Source: a virus (lineage: Duplodnaviria > Caudoviricetes). Taken from it: 24,176 bases of DNA. Both the position numbers and the translations under genes were made by a program. Under the pieces are notes generated by a model. It was not told the origin of the DNA, ran no database searches, and worked only from the letters and a program-made list of their open reading frames with translations. Location: positions 1 to 24,176 of IMG/VR virus record IMGVR_UViG_3300044293_000141. One strand, 5' to 3'. This document shows, piece by piece, positions 7,357 to 15,428 of this stretch (within the stretch, counting starts at the first letter, position 1; each line of letters opens with the position of its first letter).

Positions 7357-9509
7357 TGCGCTCATTTGCACAATTCTTAGCAGAAAACATTAGAGATATT
7401 TCTGATGAAGTTATTCAGAGAGTTTTAGATTTACTTACCCCCGAAGAACTTGCTTCACTTGATAATCCTTCTCCTGAAACAAACAAAAAAATATTCAGAA
7501 GATTAGCCAGGGAATTACATCCCGACATAACTGGCAAGCCTATGGGTGATGTTGAAAATGCTGCTCTTAGAATTTTTGGAAAAGATGAAGCTTCAAATGC
7601 CAAAACATTTAATAGACTAAAACAAGTAAAACAAACTACTCAAGCCTCCGCTCAAGCAGAAGCAGGAAGACCTAAAACAGCAGATGAAGTTAGAGCAGAA
7701 GCTAATGCACAAAGAAGAAAAGAGTGGCAAGAGGGAGAAGCATGGAGTAGAGAAGAGAGAGAAAGAGTAAAGAGAGAAGCGCAGGCAAGAGAACAAGCGC
7801 GAGCAGATAAAGCAAAGGCAGATGCCCAAGAAGCGGAAAGAGCTAGAGTTGGAAGAAAGCAGGCAGAAGCAGCTAAAAAAGCAAAATCTGGACAAACTGC
7901 ACAACCTCAAACACCACCACAACCACCTCCATCAATTCAAGATGAAGTTTCTTCTGCTGCTGCTCAAGGAGAACAAAATGCTGCTCAAAGATTTGGAAGA
8001 AAGGCAATTGACACTACAAAGAAAATAGTAGGAGAATTTGCCCAAGGAGCAAAAAAAGAAGCAATTAGTATTGGTAGAGATCTAAGCCAAGGTGGGTTTG
8101 GAATAGGGGGAGGTAAAGCACCAGTCAGTGTTACTAGTAGAGTTTTACCAATTGGTGCTGGAGCTGATCTTGCATTAAAGATTGGTATGGATCTTTATGA
8201 TATGCACAAAGATCCACTATGGATCTATAAACCTCCAACCTATTCGGATGCTATTAAAAATGAGTTAATAGGAGTAGGAATATCCACTGCCGCTGGTGCT
8301 GGTATCGGAGCTCTTTTAGGTGGAGCCCCTGGAGCAGGGGCTGGAGCAGTTGCTGGTGCTGTTGAGGGAATTGCAACTGCTTCATATGGATTAGCTCAAG
8401 TTCCAATGAAGATGGGTTATTCTGAAAGACAAACATTAAATAATCTAAAGAGCAGATTGGACACCACAAAAACTTTACAGAAAAATAATCCAACTTTGGA
8501 TTATACAGAAATAATTTCAAATCTCGAAAATGCTATTTCACAAATGGAGCAGGGAGAATCAGTTGAATCTAAGTTATCAAAGGGAGTTGATGCTGCCGTT
8601 CGTAGTATAGGATTGTCATCTTCTGATGCTGAAGTTGCAGCAAGAGAGACTAGAACACCAGAACAATTAAGAGCTGAAGCTGAGGCTGCATTTGCAGAAA
8701 GATACCCACAAGGAATTCGTGGTGGTCTAGCTCCAGGTAAATCAGCTGCTGAAGTAGAAAAAGAAGCGGCTACCGATATAATCAATAGACTAAATGCTGG
8801 TGCTAAACCAGAAGATTTATCAAAAGAGTTGGGATGGGAAAAAGACCATGTTGAAAAGTTTAGACAAAAAAGAGTACAAAAAGAAGTTGAATTGATGGTT
8901 TCTGATCCGGAAAAGTATGGAAAGATGAGTGAAGATCAATTGAGTGCCGCAGCAGGTGAAAAAGTATTAGATGAACTCAGAAAAACAATAGATGCCGAGC
9001 TAATAGGATACGCCAGAAGAAGGGAACAGGAAGATGCTGATCGTAAAGCAAAGATTGCTGCAGAAAAAGCTGTTGAAGATGCACAAGATGCTCAACAAGC
9101 TTACGAGAGGCAGCAAATAAAAGATGCTTTGGCAAAGAAGATTGCAATAAATCAAGGTCTTGCAAACGAAAGAAGAGCCGCAGAATCTAAGAGAAAAGCA
9201 GACCTTGCAACCATAGACGCAGAAAACGCAGTACAGAGAGCTAAAACAGAAGCTGAAATTGCTAAGAAAAGAGAGCAAGAAAAACGACAAGAAAATGTTA
9301 ACAGATATTTAGATAGAAAAAATTTCAAAACTGATGCTGAGAGAACAGATTTTTTAAAACGAATGTCTAAAGAAGAAAGAGCTATGCTTGTCAAAGAATT
9401 AAACAGACCTATTGAGACTAGATATCAACCAGAACCACAACCACAAGAAAAAGTAAGAAGATCAAAATATGGTCATTTAGTTAGTGATGGTGAAGGCTGG
9501 GGCGGATAA
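7356..9509 (+). CDS. 717-aa protein with capsid-targeting-like leader, J-domain-like HPD region, coiled coils and glycine zipper
   Basis: Leader MRSFAQFLAE, KKIFRRLARELHPD (HPD at 7518-7526), and LIGVGISTAAGAGIGALLGGAPGAGAGAVAG from 8265. GGAG RBS and TAATG coupling. Confidence 0.7.
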   Translation: MRSFAQFLAENIRDISDEVIQRVLDLLTPEELASLDNPSPETNKKIFRRLARELHPDITGKPMGDVENAALRIFGKDEASNAKTFNRLKQVKQTTQASAQAEAGRPKTADEVRAEANAQRRKEWQEGEAWSREERERVKREAQAREQARADKAKADAQEAERARVGRKQAEAAKKAKSGQTAQPQTPPQPPPSIQDEVSSAAAQGEQNAAQRFGRKAIDTTKKIVGEFAQGAKKEAISIGRDLSQGGFGIGGGKAPVSVTSRVLPIGAGADLALKIGMDLYDMHKDPLWIYKPPTYSDAIKNELIGVGISTAAGAGIGALLGGAPGAGAGAVAGAVEGIATASYGLAQVPMKMGYSERQTLNNLKSRLDTTKTLQKNNPTLDYTEIISNLENAISQMEQGESVESKLSKGVDAAVRSIGLSSSDAEVAARETRTPEQLRAEAEAAFAERYPQGIRGGLAPGKSAAEVEKEAATDIINRLNAGAKPEDLSKELGWEKDHVEKFRQKRVQKEVELMVSDPEKYGKMSEDQLSAAAGEKVLDELRKTIDAELIGYARRREQEDADRKAKIAAEKAVEDAQDAQQAYERQQIKDALAKKIAINQGLANERRAAESKRKADLATIDAENAVQRAKTEAEIAKKREQEKRQENVNRYLDRKNFKTDAERTDFLKRMSKEERAMLVKELNRPIETRYQPEPQPQEKVRRSKYGHLVSDGEGWGG

Positions 9510-10073
9510 TCAAATATTATTTTTGTTATTATCATAAACTGATTTGCAGATGTAAAAGGAGTCAACGATATCCGTAATAGGATTCTTGACTTCTTTTCCT
9601 ATCTGATCAAAATGGATTCTTAAATCAGTTCCAGTCTCTTTAACAAATGCCTCAAACATTTCTTGTTTACTGGCATTTCCCTTTCCGCTTGCAAGTTTCT
9701 TGACTCTGGTTGGTTGAACAACATCAAGAGGAATACATTGTTGCCAGAGCTTATATTTTAGAATACCTGTGTTCTCTGCTATATGAAAAACTCTTCCTTT
9801 GGCGGCATATGCATAGTCCTCAAGGACAACCCGGTCACTTCCAATCAGCAGTTCCACTGCCCAGTCTGAGATGCTATCGTATCTACTACATTCTGCGGTA
9901 TAGTCAGGAAACAATTCTCCGCGAATATTGTTATTAAACATTGTGGCATTCTTTTTAATATCAGTTAGAAAATAAAAAGAACAATTTTTATAACAAAATT
10001 CCCCGTGCAATCTGCCATTGAAGATACAGATGCAAGGGGAAGTCAAAGAGTAATCTATACCAGCGATTATCAC
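9510..10073 (-). CDS. RuvC-like Holliday junction resolvase
   Basis: Motifs IAGIDYS, VVLEDY, E..GILK, P..VKK.ASGKGNASK..M and D..DS. GTG start. Confidence 0.85.
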   Translation of the reverse strand: MIIAGIDYSLTSPCICIFNGRLHGEFCYKNCSFYFLTDIKKNATMFNNNIRGELFPDYTAECSRYDSISDWAVELLIGSDRVVLEDYAYAAKGRVFHIAENTGILKYKLWQQCIPLDVVQPTRVKKLASGKGNASKQEMFEAFVKETGTDLRIHFDQIGKEVKNPITDIVDSFYICKSVYDNNKNNI

Positions 10074-10077
10074 ATAT

Positions 10078-10085
10078 TATTTATC
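10078..10085 (-). promoter_or_regulatory. Late promoter variant GATAAATA
   Basis: 4 nt upstream of GTG 10073, overlapping the upstream stop codon. Confidence 0.55.
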
Positions 10086-11013
10086 GACTAAGAGCATTAG
10101 AAGATTCTAAATGGTTTGTTATTCCTTCTAATGTATATCTATCCACATACTGTGATAATACGCCAAGCTCATCTACATTAATTTCCAAATTTTTTAAAAC
10201 TTGAGGATCAACGACTTTAAATATTTTTGGAAGTGTAGCATTGGCTTGTATAGTTGCTGTTTTTGCTTGTGATTCAAAATACGGAGGTTTTAATGTTCCT
10301 GTTTGTTTTACTGCTTGTTTTACTATTTCATTTGGTACACTATACACCACACTTCTTGGTCCTTTAAGTATAAAATTACCCAAAATTCCTCTTAAAGCAA
10401 TATCCATCGTACCTTGTCTGACATCATTATTTGCGTTTATATCTCTAATTGTTTCGGTTGTTTTTCCTTGTTTATCTAAAAATTCTTGAGAGGTTGGACT
10501 ATATTCCCGTGCTGCACTTCTAAGGTTAGCTATTCTTCTGTTTAAAGAATCTGGATGCCAGCTAACTGGAACAGTTGTTGGAACTGCTCCAACAGTTATT
10601 TCTGTGTCTGGTTCAAATCCACGAAGTTTATCTACATCTGATATTTCCGGTACAGCTAATCTTTTTCCTACTGCTGATCTTAATCCTTTAATTTCTATTG
10701 ACTTTGTTTCTAATTGTCCTTTGTCATTTAATTTTATAATTTTGCTATCATGCCCTCGCTCGTTTGCATTTTTTCCCACCAATTCTCCAAAAGTATCGAC
10801 AAAAACACCCAATCCTCTTTGAGCAGAATGAACTGTACCTAAAGATTTAATTGCTGTAATTAGCCTAACAGTATGTTCAGTATTTGCACCTTTTGTTGTA
10901 TCGATGTTATTTCCAGCAAGTTTACCTAATATTGTTCTAAAAATAGTATTAACGGATTCTTTGTGATCTTTCTGCTCAATCAAATATTTTACTAGTTTAA
11001 GTCTATGGTCCAT
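10081..11013 (-). CDS. Hypothetical protein, possible PD-(D/E)xK-fold nuclease
   Basis: 310-aa AT-rich ORF filling the gap. GHD89...IE107IK109 spacing fits D...ExK. The ORF is solid; the function is weakly supported. Confidence 0.55.
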   Translation of the reverse strand: MDHRLKLVKYLIEQKDHKESVNTIFRTILGKLAGNNIDTTKGANTEHTVRLITAIKSLGTVHSAQRGLGVFVDTFGELVGKNANERGHDSKIIKLNDKGQLETKSIEIKGLRSAVGKRLAVPEISDVDKLRGFEPDTEITVGAVPTTVPVSWHPDSLNRRIANLRSAAREYSPTSQEFLDKQGKTTETIRDINANNDVRQGTMDIALRGILGNFILKGPRSVVYSVPNEIVKQAVKQTGTLKPPYFESQAKTATIQANATLPKIFKVVDPQVLKNLEINVDELGVLSQYVDRYTLEGITNHLESSNALSR

Positions 11014-11016
11014 ATT

Positions 11017-13674
11017 TTATTTAGTCAGATCAACCAGTTCACATGCCCCAGCCGCGCAGCTGAAAGTCTGGGTTCCTGTGGTGTTGTCTTCCTTCTCATA
11101 CTTGGACAATTCGCTCCAATCAACATCCTTTGGAAGCTTGGCAAGCATGGTTTCGTACTGCTCCTTGGTGCAGTCTTCATAAGGAGCCTGACGATAGGTG
11201 TGGTCTGAGTGCGGAAGAAACGAAATACCGCTGATCTCGTCAAAGTGCTTATAGACCCAGGCCCCGACTTCCATCCACTCCTCGTCACGAACAGTGATGG
11301 TGACGCTTGGCTTGTGTTCGCACCAGTACTGCTGATAGGTGAGCCAGAGTTGTAACTGTTCAAGAGCAGTCATGTCATTACGGGTGATGCAATGCTCAGG
11401 AGCCTTCATTGGGAATGAGAAGACCACTGTGTGGTTTGGCTTCATGACGCATGGCTCGGCAGGGAATCCCTTGTCAATCATAAACTGGCAGATTGGATCC
11501 TTGCGGTCAGCGCGAACACGACGAATGTAATAACTAGCGTGACGAGCATGAATACCTGAAGCAGCATCTACTAATTGTGAAACTGTGCCAGAAGGTTTGC
11601 AACAAGTGATTGCAGCAGACTCGTTGATCTTTAGCTTATGGGCATATTCCTTATTGGTATCCACCGCAACATGGCGTAGATGCTCAAGTAGATCGGGTAG
11701 ATCACCAGCACGGCCATTAGTGATCTCGTTGTCCATGATACCAGTCAGAGACACCCCAAGCAGACGCTCTTCTTCACAGTTCTTCTTCCAGTCACTTGAC
11801 AGATAACGGAAGTTAGTAAGTGTAGATTGGAATGTACCAAGAATGGTAGCAAGACGAACCTTACGAGCAAGAGTATCTGGAGTATCGTCAGCACGAATCA
11901 CGACTTCAGATAGATTACAAAACTCACGATCACGCAAAATAATTTCTGAGCAATTATGTACTATGATAAAGTCTGCAACAAAATTGTGTGTTTCTTCTAC
12001 CGTCAAATCATACACATCAGTTATAGGACCGTCAGTAATTTCTTCTACTGTAGCATACTGGTGCAGATTCGATTTCAGTTCTTCTGGCATCGAAACAATT
12101 GTTTTTGTTCCGTGGCGGCTCAATGTTCCACTAACAAATCCATACTTTCCGCTTTCCATATAACCTGTAACCATATGATTGTTCGGCTGATTTAGAGCAG
12201 TTACTCTAGCATGTTCTGAATGAGACAAACATTCCAAATTATCGATAGAGTTGTTATAGGTGTCGCCATCAATATGGTGAATATCATATCCGTTTGGAAT
12301 TTTCCCATATTGGCTTTCATAAACCAAACGATGTTCCATAATAAAATCACGCTTGTCTTGCGTCGAAAGTTTTACTCCTGAATATGCTGCCCCTCTTCTA
12401 TTTCTGACTAGATGAACTACTCTATCTCCAATCTCAATATTCTGTGCTTCCACCCAACCACGACCAACAATATAGATCTTATGATCTGGAGTACAGGTTA
12501 AGACTTTACCAGAAGAGATATGAACTTTGATGGTTTTTGTATTCTTCTTGCTAATCCACGACGCTGATGCTTTACGGATGCATAGCTTTCCATCTTTGCC
12601 CATGGAATATACCATAGTTGGTTCAGTGATATCTTTGATCTTTACTCGACCATTAATAGTCTCGACCATAGTATCTGGGTGAAGACATGGATTTGTGCCA
12701 AACTCATAGTTTGGATTGCGACGATCACCAAGACGTTTGATCTGATTCTTTGCAGCCTGACGATTGAAGATACCGCGCTCACCACTCTTACTCTTCACAA
12801 GAGCAACCCATTCGTCCATGAATGTTTCCATGTCTGGCTTGCTCTTATATGAAGCAGAGTTATTTGCTAGTGCGCGTTGACCATTCTTCTCCCACCATGC
12901 TCCACTCTTTGCATTACGCATGCGGTCATCGTCAAGTGACGATAAAGAGATAAGAGCAGAACGACGAACACCCCCGACAACTACAATTTCAGCAATTTTG
13001 CATACGATATCGTGGCATTCGACCGTAGTGAGCTTTCTACCAGCCGCCTTACGGAAGGTTTCAACGGTAAATCGGAAAAGGTCTTCCAAAGGTTCAGGTC
13101 CCGATGCTCGTCCACCGAAGATTTTAAGTCTCGCTCCAGCAGGACGAATTTTTGAAATGTCCCATCGCGGAATCTGACCACCAATGAGTAGCGAGAAGAG
13201 TTCTTTGTAAGCCTTGGCCCAGCCAATCTTAGAGTCCTCCACAACAATGAGCGAATCACTGTCGGTAAATTCTTCAGCAATAGTAGGAAGTTTTTCAACG
13301 AAATCCCTTTCGACGGAGAATCCAACACCTGTACCGCACATTAAGATATATAGAATCTCATCAAACGAGCGAACCTTGCTCGTAGAAACATAAGAGCAAT
13401 TATACCCTGCTACATGGTCGCGCTCCAATGCCTCGCCTGCGGTCATGAGGCAGCGCATAGACGGCATCACTTCCAAATTCAGAACAGCTGTTTCAAGCTC
13501 CTTGCGTAGATCCTTGGACAACTTGTAGTTGCAGCTTTCCTTGAGGTGCTTTTCAAAGAAGTCGAAGTAACGAGTTACAGTTTCGTTCCACGACTCCCTT
13601 CGTGTTTCCTCATCGATCCAACGAGCATAACGGGAAGCGTGAATAAAACTCTGATATGGAGTTGGTAGTGACAT
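11017..13674 (-). CDS. nrdJ: Class II (adenosylcobalamin-dependent, RTPR-type) ribonucleotide reductase, intein-containing; 640 aa after splicing
   Basis: Motifs MPSMR, YNC, GTGVGFS, FGGRASGPEPL, VVGGVRRSA, GTNP|CSEI, KPSGTVS, WCEHKPS and a C-terminal CAAGAC redox pair. No NrdB next to it. Confidence 0.92.
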   Translation of the reverse strand: MSLPTPYQSFIHASRYARWIDEETRRESWNETVTRYFDFFEKHLKESCNYKLSKDLRKELETAVLNLEVMPSMRCLMTAGEALERDHVAGYNCSYVSTSKVRSFDEILYILMCGTGVGFSVERDFVEKLPTIAEEFTDSDSLIVVEDSKIGWAKAYKELFSLLIGGQIPRWDISKIRPAGARLKIFGGRASGPEPLEDLFRFTVETFRKAAGRKLTTVECHDIVCKIAEIVVVGGVRRSALISLSSLDDDRMRNAKSGAWWEKNGQRALANNSASYKSKPDMETFMDEWVALVKSKSGERGIFNRQAAKNQIKRLGDRRNPNYEFGTNPCLHPDTMVETINGRVKIKDITEPTMVYSMGKDGKLCIRKASASWISKKNTKTIKVHISSGKVLTCTPDHKIYIVGRGWVEAQNIEIGDRVVHLVRNRRGAAYSGVKLSTQDKRDFIMEHRLVYESQYGKIPNGYDIHHIDGDTYNNSIDNLECLSHSEHARVTALNQPNNHMVTGYMESGKYGFVSGTLSRHGTKTIVSMPEELKSNLHQYATVEEITDGPITDVYDLTVEETHNFVADFIIVHNCSEIILRDREFCNLSEVVIRADDTPDTLARKVRLATILGTFQSTLTNFRYLSSDWKKNCEEERLLGVSLTGIMDNEITNGRAGDLPDLLEHLRHVAVDTNKEYAHKLKINESAAITCCKPSGTVSQLVDAASGIHARHASYYIRRVRADRKDPICQFMIDKGFPAEPCVMKPNHTVVFSFPMKAPEHCITRNDMTALEQLQLWLTYQQYWCEHKPSVTITVRDEEWMEVGAWVYKHFDEISGISFLPHSDHTYRQAPYEDCTKEQYETMLAKLPKDVDWSELSKYEKEDNTTGTQTFSCAAGACELVDLTK
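11018..11025 (-). promoter_or_regulatory. Late promoter variant ACTAAATA
   Basis: 4 nt upstream of ATG 11013, formed by the last codons and stop of nrdJ. Confidence 0.55.
11953..12687 (-). mobile_element. 245-aa intein with HNH homing endonuclease (residues 330-574 of NrdJ)
   Basis: Block A CLHPDT, block B LTCTPDHKI, blocks F/G DVYDLTVEETHNF...VHN|C. Internal HRLVY...DIHHIDGDTYNNSIDNLECLSHSEH at 12211-12339. Removing it restores GTNPCSEI. Confidence 0.95.
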
Positions 13675-13697
13675 ATGAAAATCCTTAAAGTTGTGGC

Positions 13698-13725
13698 ATT
13701 CTAGCCGTGTTGGATATTTAGTCGA
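13698..13725 (-). promoter_or_regulatory. nrdJ promoter region: sigma70-like TCGACT-N16-TAGAAT overlapping late box ACTAAATA (13715-13722)
   Basis: Lies in the 54-bp thyX-nrdJ gap. AAGGA RBS at 13682-13686. Confidence 0.55.
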
Positions 13726-13728
13726 TAT

Positions 13729-14433
13729 TTACTTGGTAAGTTCAGCCCAAGAGACTGGAAAATAAGGCTGAATTAGGTTGCCAATGGCATTTGCGTATTC
13801 CCGAACCTCCCATTGAGCATGGGGGTCGATTCTTTGCTTAAAAACACGCGCATAAGCTGCCAGAGAACCAGTCCAATACCATTCGGTGTATGTACCCTGG
13901 GGTAGAACGAACCGGGCCTGTTCTGGAGCAATCCCAGCCTTTAAAAGGCCATTGTAGCGATTGAGAGCCAAGGTTATCGATTCCTTATAGTCTTTAGTAA
14001 GCAAAACACAATCAAGCCCTTCTTCCAAAAAATCTTCCGAACCCTGCTTGGCTCCATTTGTGGGCTTGGAACGCCACTTTGGAATGTAAATTTCTGGTTC
14101 TTCGGTTACATACCGACGAGAAATTTCGTTCTCAACGAATCCTACCTTGTGCTTAAAAAGTTGAGCACGAATAGAAATAGGAGCCTTGGTGTGAAGCATA
14201 ATCTGAGGATGGGCAAAGGGAGTCCAATGCTTATGCTTGGCCAGATAAGAAATAAGCTTCGTATCCTTGTTCGATAGCGTCTTACCAATAATTGATTCGG
14301 TCCAGTTCTGTTCTCCATCCCAAGATGATTCCTTGTGGAAAGAAACTCTGGCCGCATTTACAACCGTCAAATCAGAACCCATCACTTCGATGAGTCGAAC
14401 AAACCCCTTGTCTAGCACATTTACTTTTTCCAT
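13729..14433 (-). CDS. thyX: Flavin-dependent thymidylate synthase
   Basis: Motifs MGSDLTVVNAARVSF, HWTPF, Q..KHK....NEISRRY (variant of RHRx7SxR), EQARFVLP and HAQWEVR. Confidence 0.93.
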   Translation of the reverse strand: MEKVNVLDKGFVRLIEVMGSDLTVVNAARVSFHKESSWDGEQNWTESIIGKTLSNKDTKLISYLAKHKHWTPFAHPQIMLHTKAPISIRAQLFKHKVGFVENEISRRYVTEEPEIYIPKWRSKPTNGAKQGSEDFLEEGLDCVLLTKDYKESITLALNRYNGLLKAGIAPEQARFVLPQGTYTEWYWTGSLAAYARVFKQRIDPHAQWEVREYANAIGNLIQPYFPVSWAELTK

Positions 14434-15428
14434 TTCATAAACCTCAATTTTGCTTCAAGTCCAGAGTGCGTATTGGAGCGTATCATAGCCATCGGATCAC
14501 CAAACGCAAGAACATAATCGTTAATATCCTTGACCTTAACATCTGGCCAAATAAGAATCTTATGACCCTTCTCAATGACAGTTTCCATAAACGCACATAT
14601 CTGTTTATTGCGCTTCTCGTTGTCAAAGACATAGATCACCTCGCTGTTCGCAATCTTCTCAGGAAGCTTCATGTCCCCGGCAGCACCAACCATCGCAAGA
14701 GCGTTAGGTAGAAAGATGCTGTCAATCGGTCCTTCTGTGATGTAGATTGGTTGTTCTGGATTTACTCTCCAAAGTCCATACCATAATTTTTCCACCGAAT
14801 CTTTCTTGAGAGTAATATAGCGGATTTTGGAATCTGCTTCCAACGCACGACCTTGAACTCCGATAAGTTCTTTTGAGTCGTTGTAGAATGGGATGACCAA
14901 TCTTGGCTCTCTCTTGAGTTCGTAGTCACCGCTAAAGCCCTTGGCAACTTCGGAGAAGTCTTCGGCGTAATAAAAGTAGCAGAACGATTCGTCAGGGATC
15001 TTTCGCTTCTCAAGATATTTGACGATTGGATGTGCAAAATCAAGGTCACAAACATTGACGCAATTCTTAGGCACTTCGAATGTAGTGATCTTTTTAGTTG
15101 GAACAAAGAGATCTTCCTGCTTTGGTTTCTTGTAATTTGATCTTCCATTTTCACCTTGTGTAAATCTCTTAAAAGCATACTCCTTGGCAAGCAATGGATT
15201 GATCGCTTCAAGGAAATTGTACATGTTTGTTCCGTGGCCACAATTGTGGCAACGGAAAAAGAAGTCATTACCCTTTTGGTAGAAATACCCACGGGCAATG
15301 TTCTTACGCTTCTTGGAATCGCCGCAGAAGGGACATCGACAATTGGCAAGATTATCCTTCTTCCACTTGAATTTCTTCAAGTATTCTGAAGCAATGTTAA
15401 TAAACACCTTGTCGATATATGCGCTCAT
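14421..15428 (-). CDS. gp61: T4 gp61-like DNA primase
   Basis: Zn finger CPFCGDS...CHNC and TOPRIM motifs ITEGPIDS, FDNE, KDIND. ATG 15428 (ATGA overlap with the helicase stop) is preferred; 15437 is the alternative. Confidence 0.92.
   Translation of the reverse strand: MSAYIDKVFINIASEYLKKFKWKKDNLANCRCPFCGDSKKRKNIARGYFYQKGNDFFFRCHNCGHGTNMYNFLEAINPLLAKEYAFKRFTQGENGRSNYKKPKQEDLFVPTKKITTFEVPKNCVNVCDLDFAHPIVKYLEKRKIPDESFCYFYYAEDFSEVAKGFSGDYELKREPRLVIPFYNDSKELIGVQGRALEADSKIRYITLKKDSVEKLWYGLWRVNPEQPIYITEGPIDSIFLPNALAMVGAAGDMKLPEKIANSEVIYVFDNEKRNKQICAFMETVIEKGHKILIWPDVKVKDINDYVLAFGDPMAMIRSNTHSGLEAKLRFMKWKK

Noticed and set aside
7356-9509. Tape measure protein call for the 717-aa gene
   Set aside because: It is helical and Ala-rich, but not in a tail-tube or baseplate context, and it has a head-targeting-like leader and an HPD motif. 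Not fully excluded.
13675-13728. Cobalamin riboswitch upstream of nrdJ
   Set aside because: The gap is only 54 bp and is occupied by promoter boxes and the RBS.
14085-14175. Inactive ThyX because RHR is replaced by KHK
   Set aside because: The changes are conservative and the catalytic Ser and downstream Arg (SRRY) are retained.
14762-15349. 195-aa alternative-frame ORF inside the primase gene
   Set aside because: Ser/Arg/Thr-rich shadow-frame composition with no RBS or motif. The same applies to the other short overlapping or antisense ORFs in the track.
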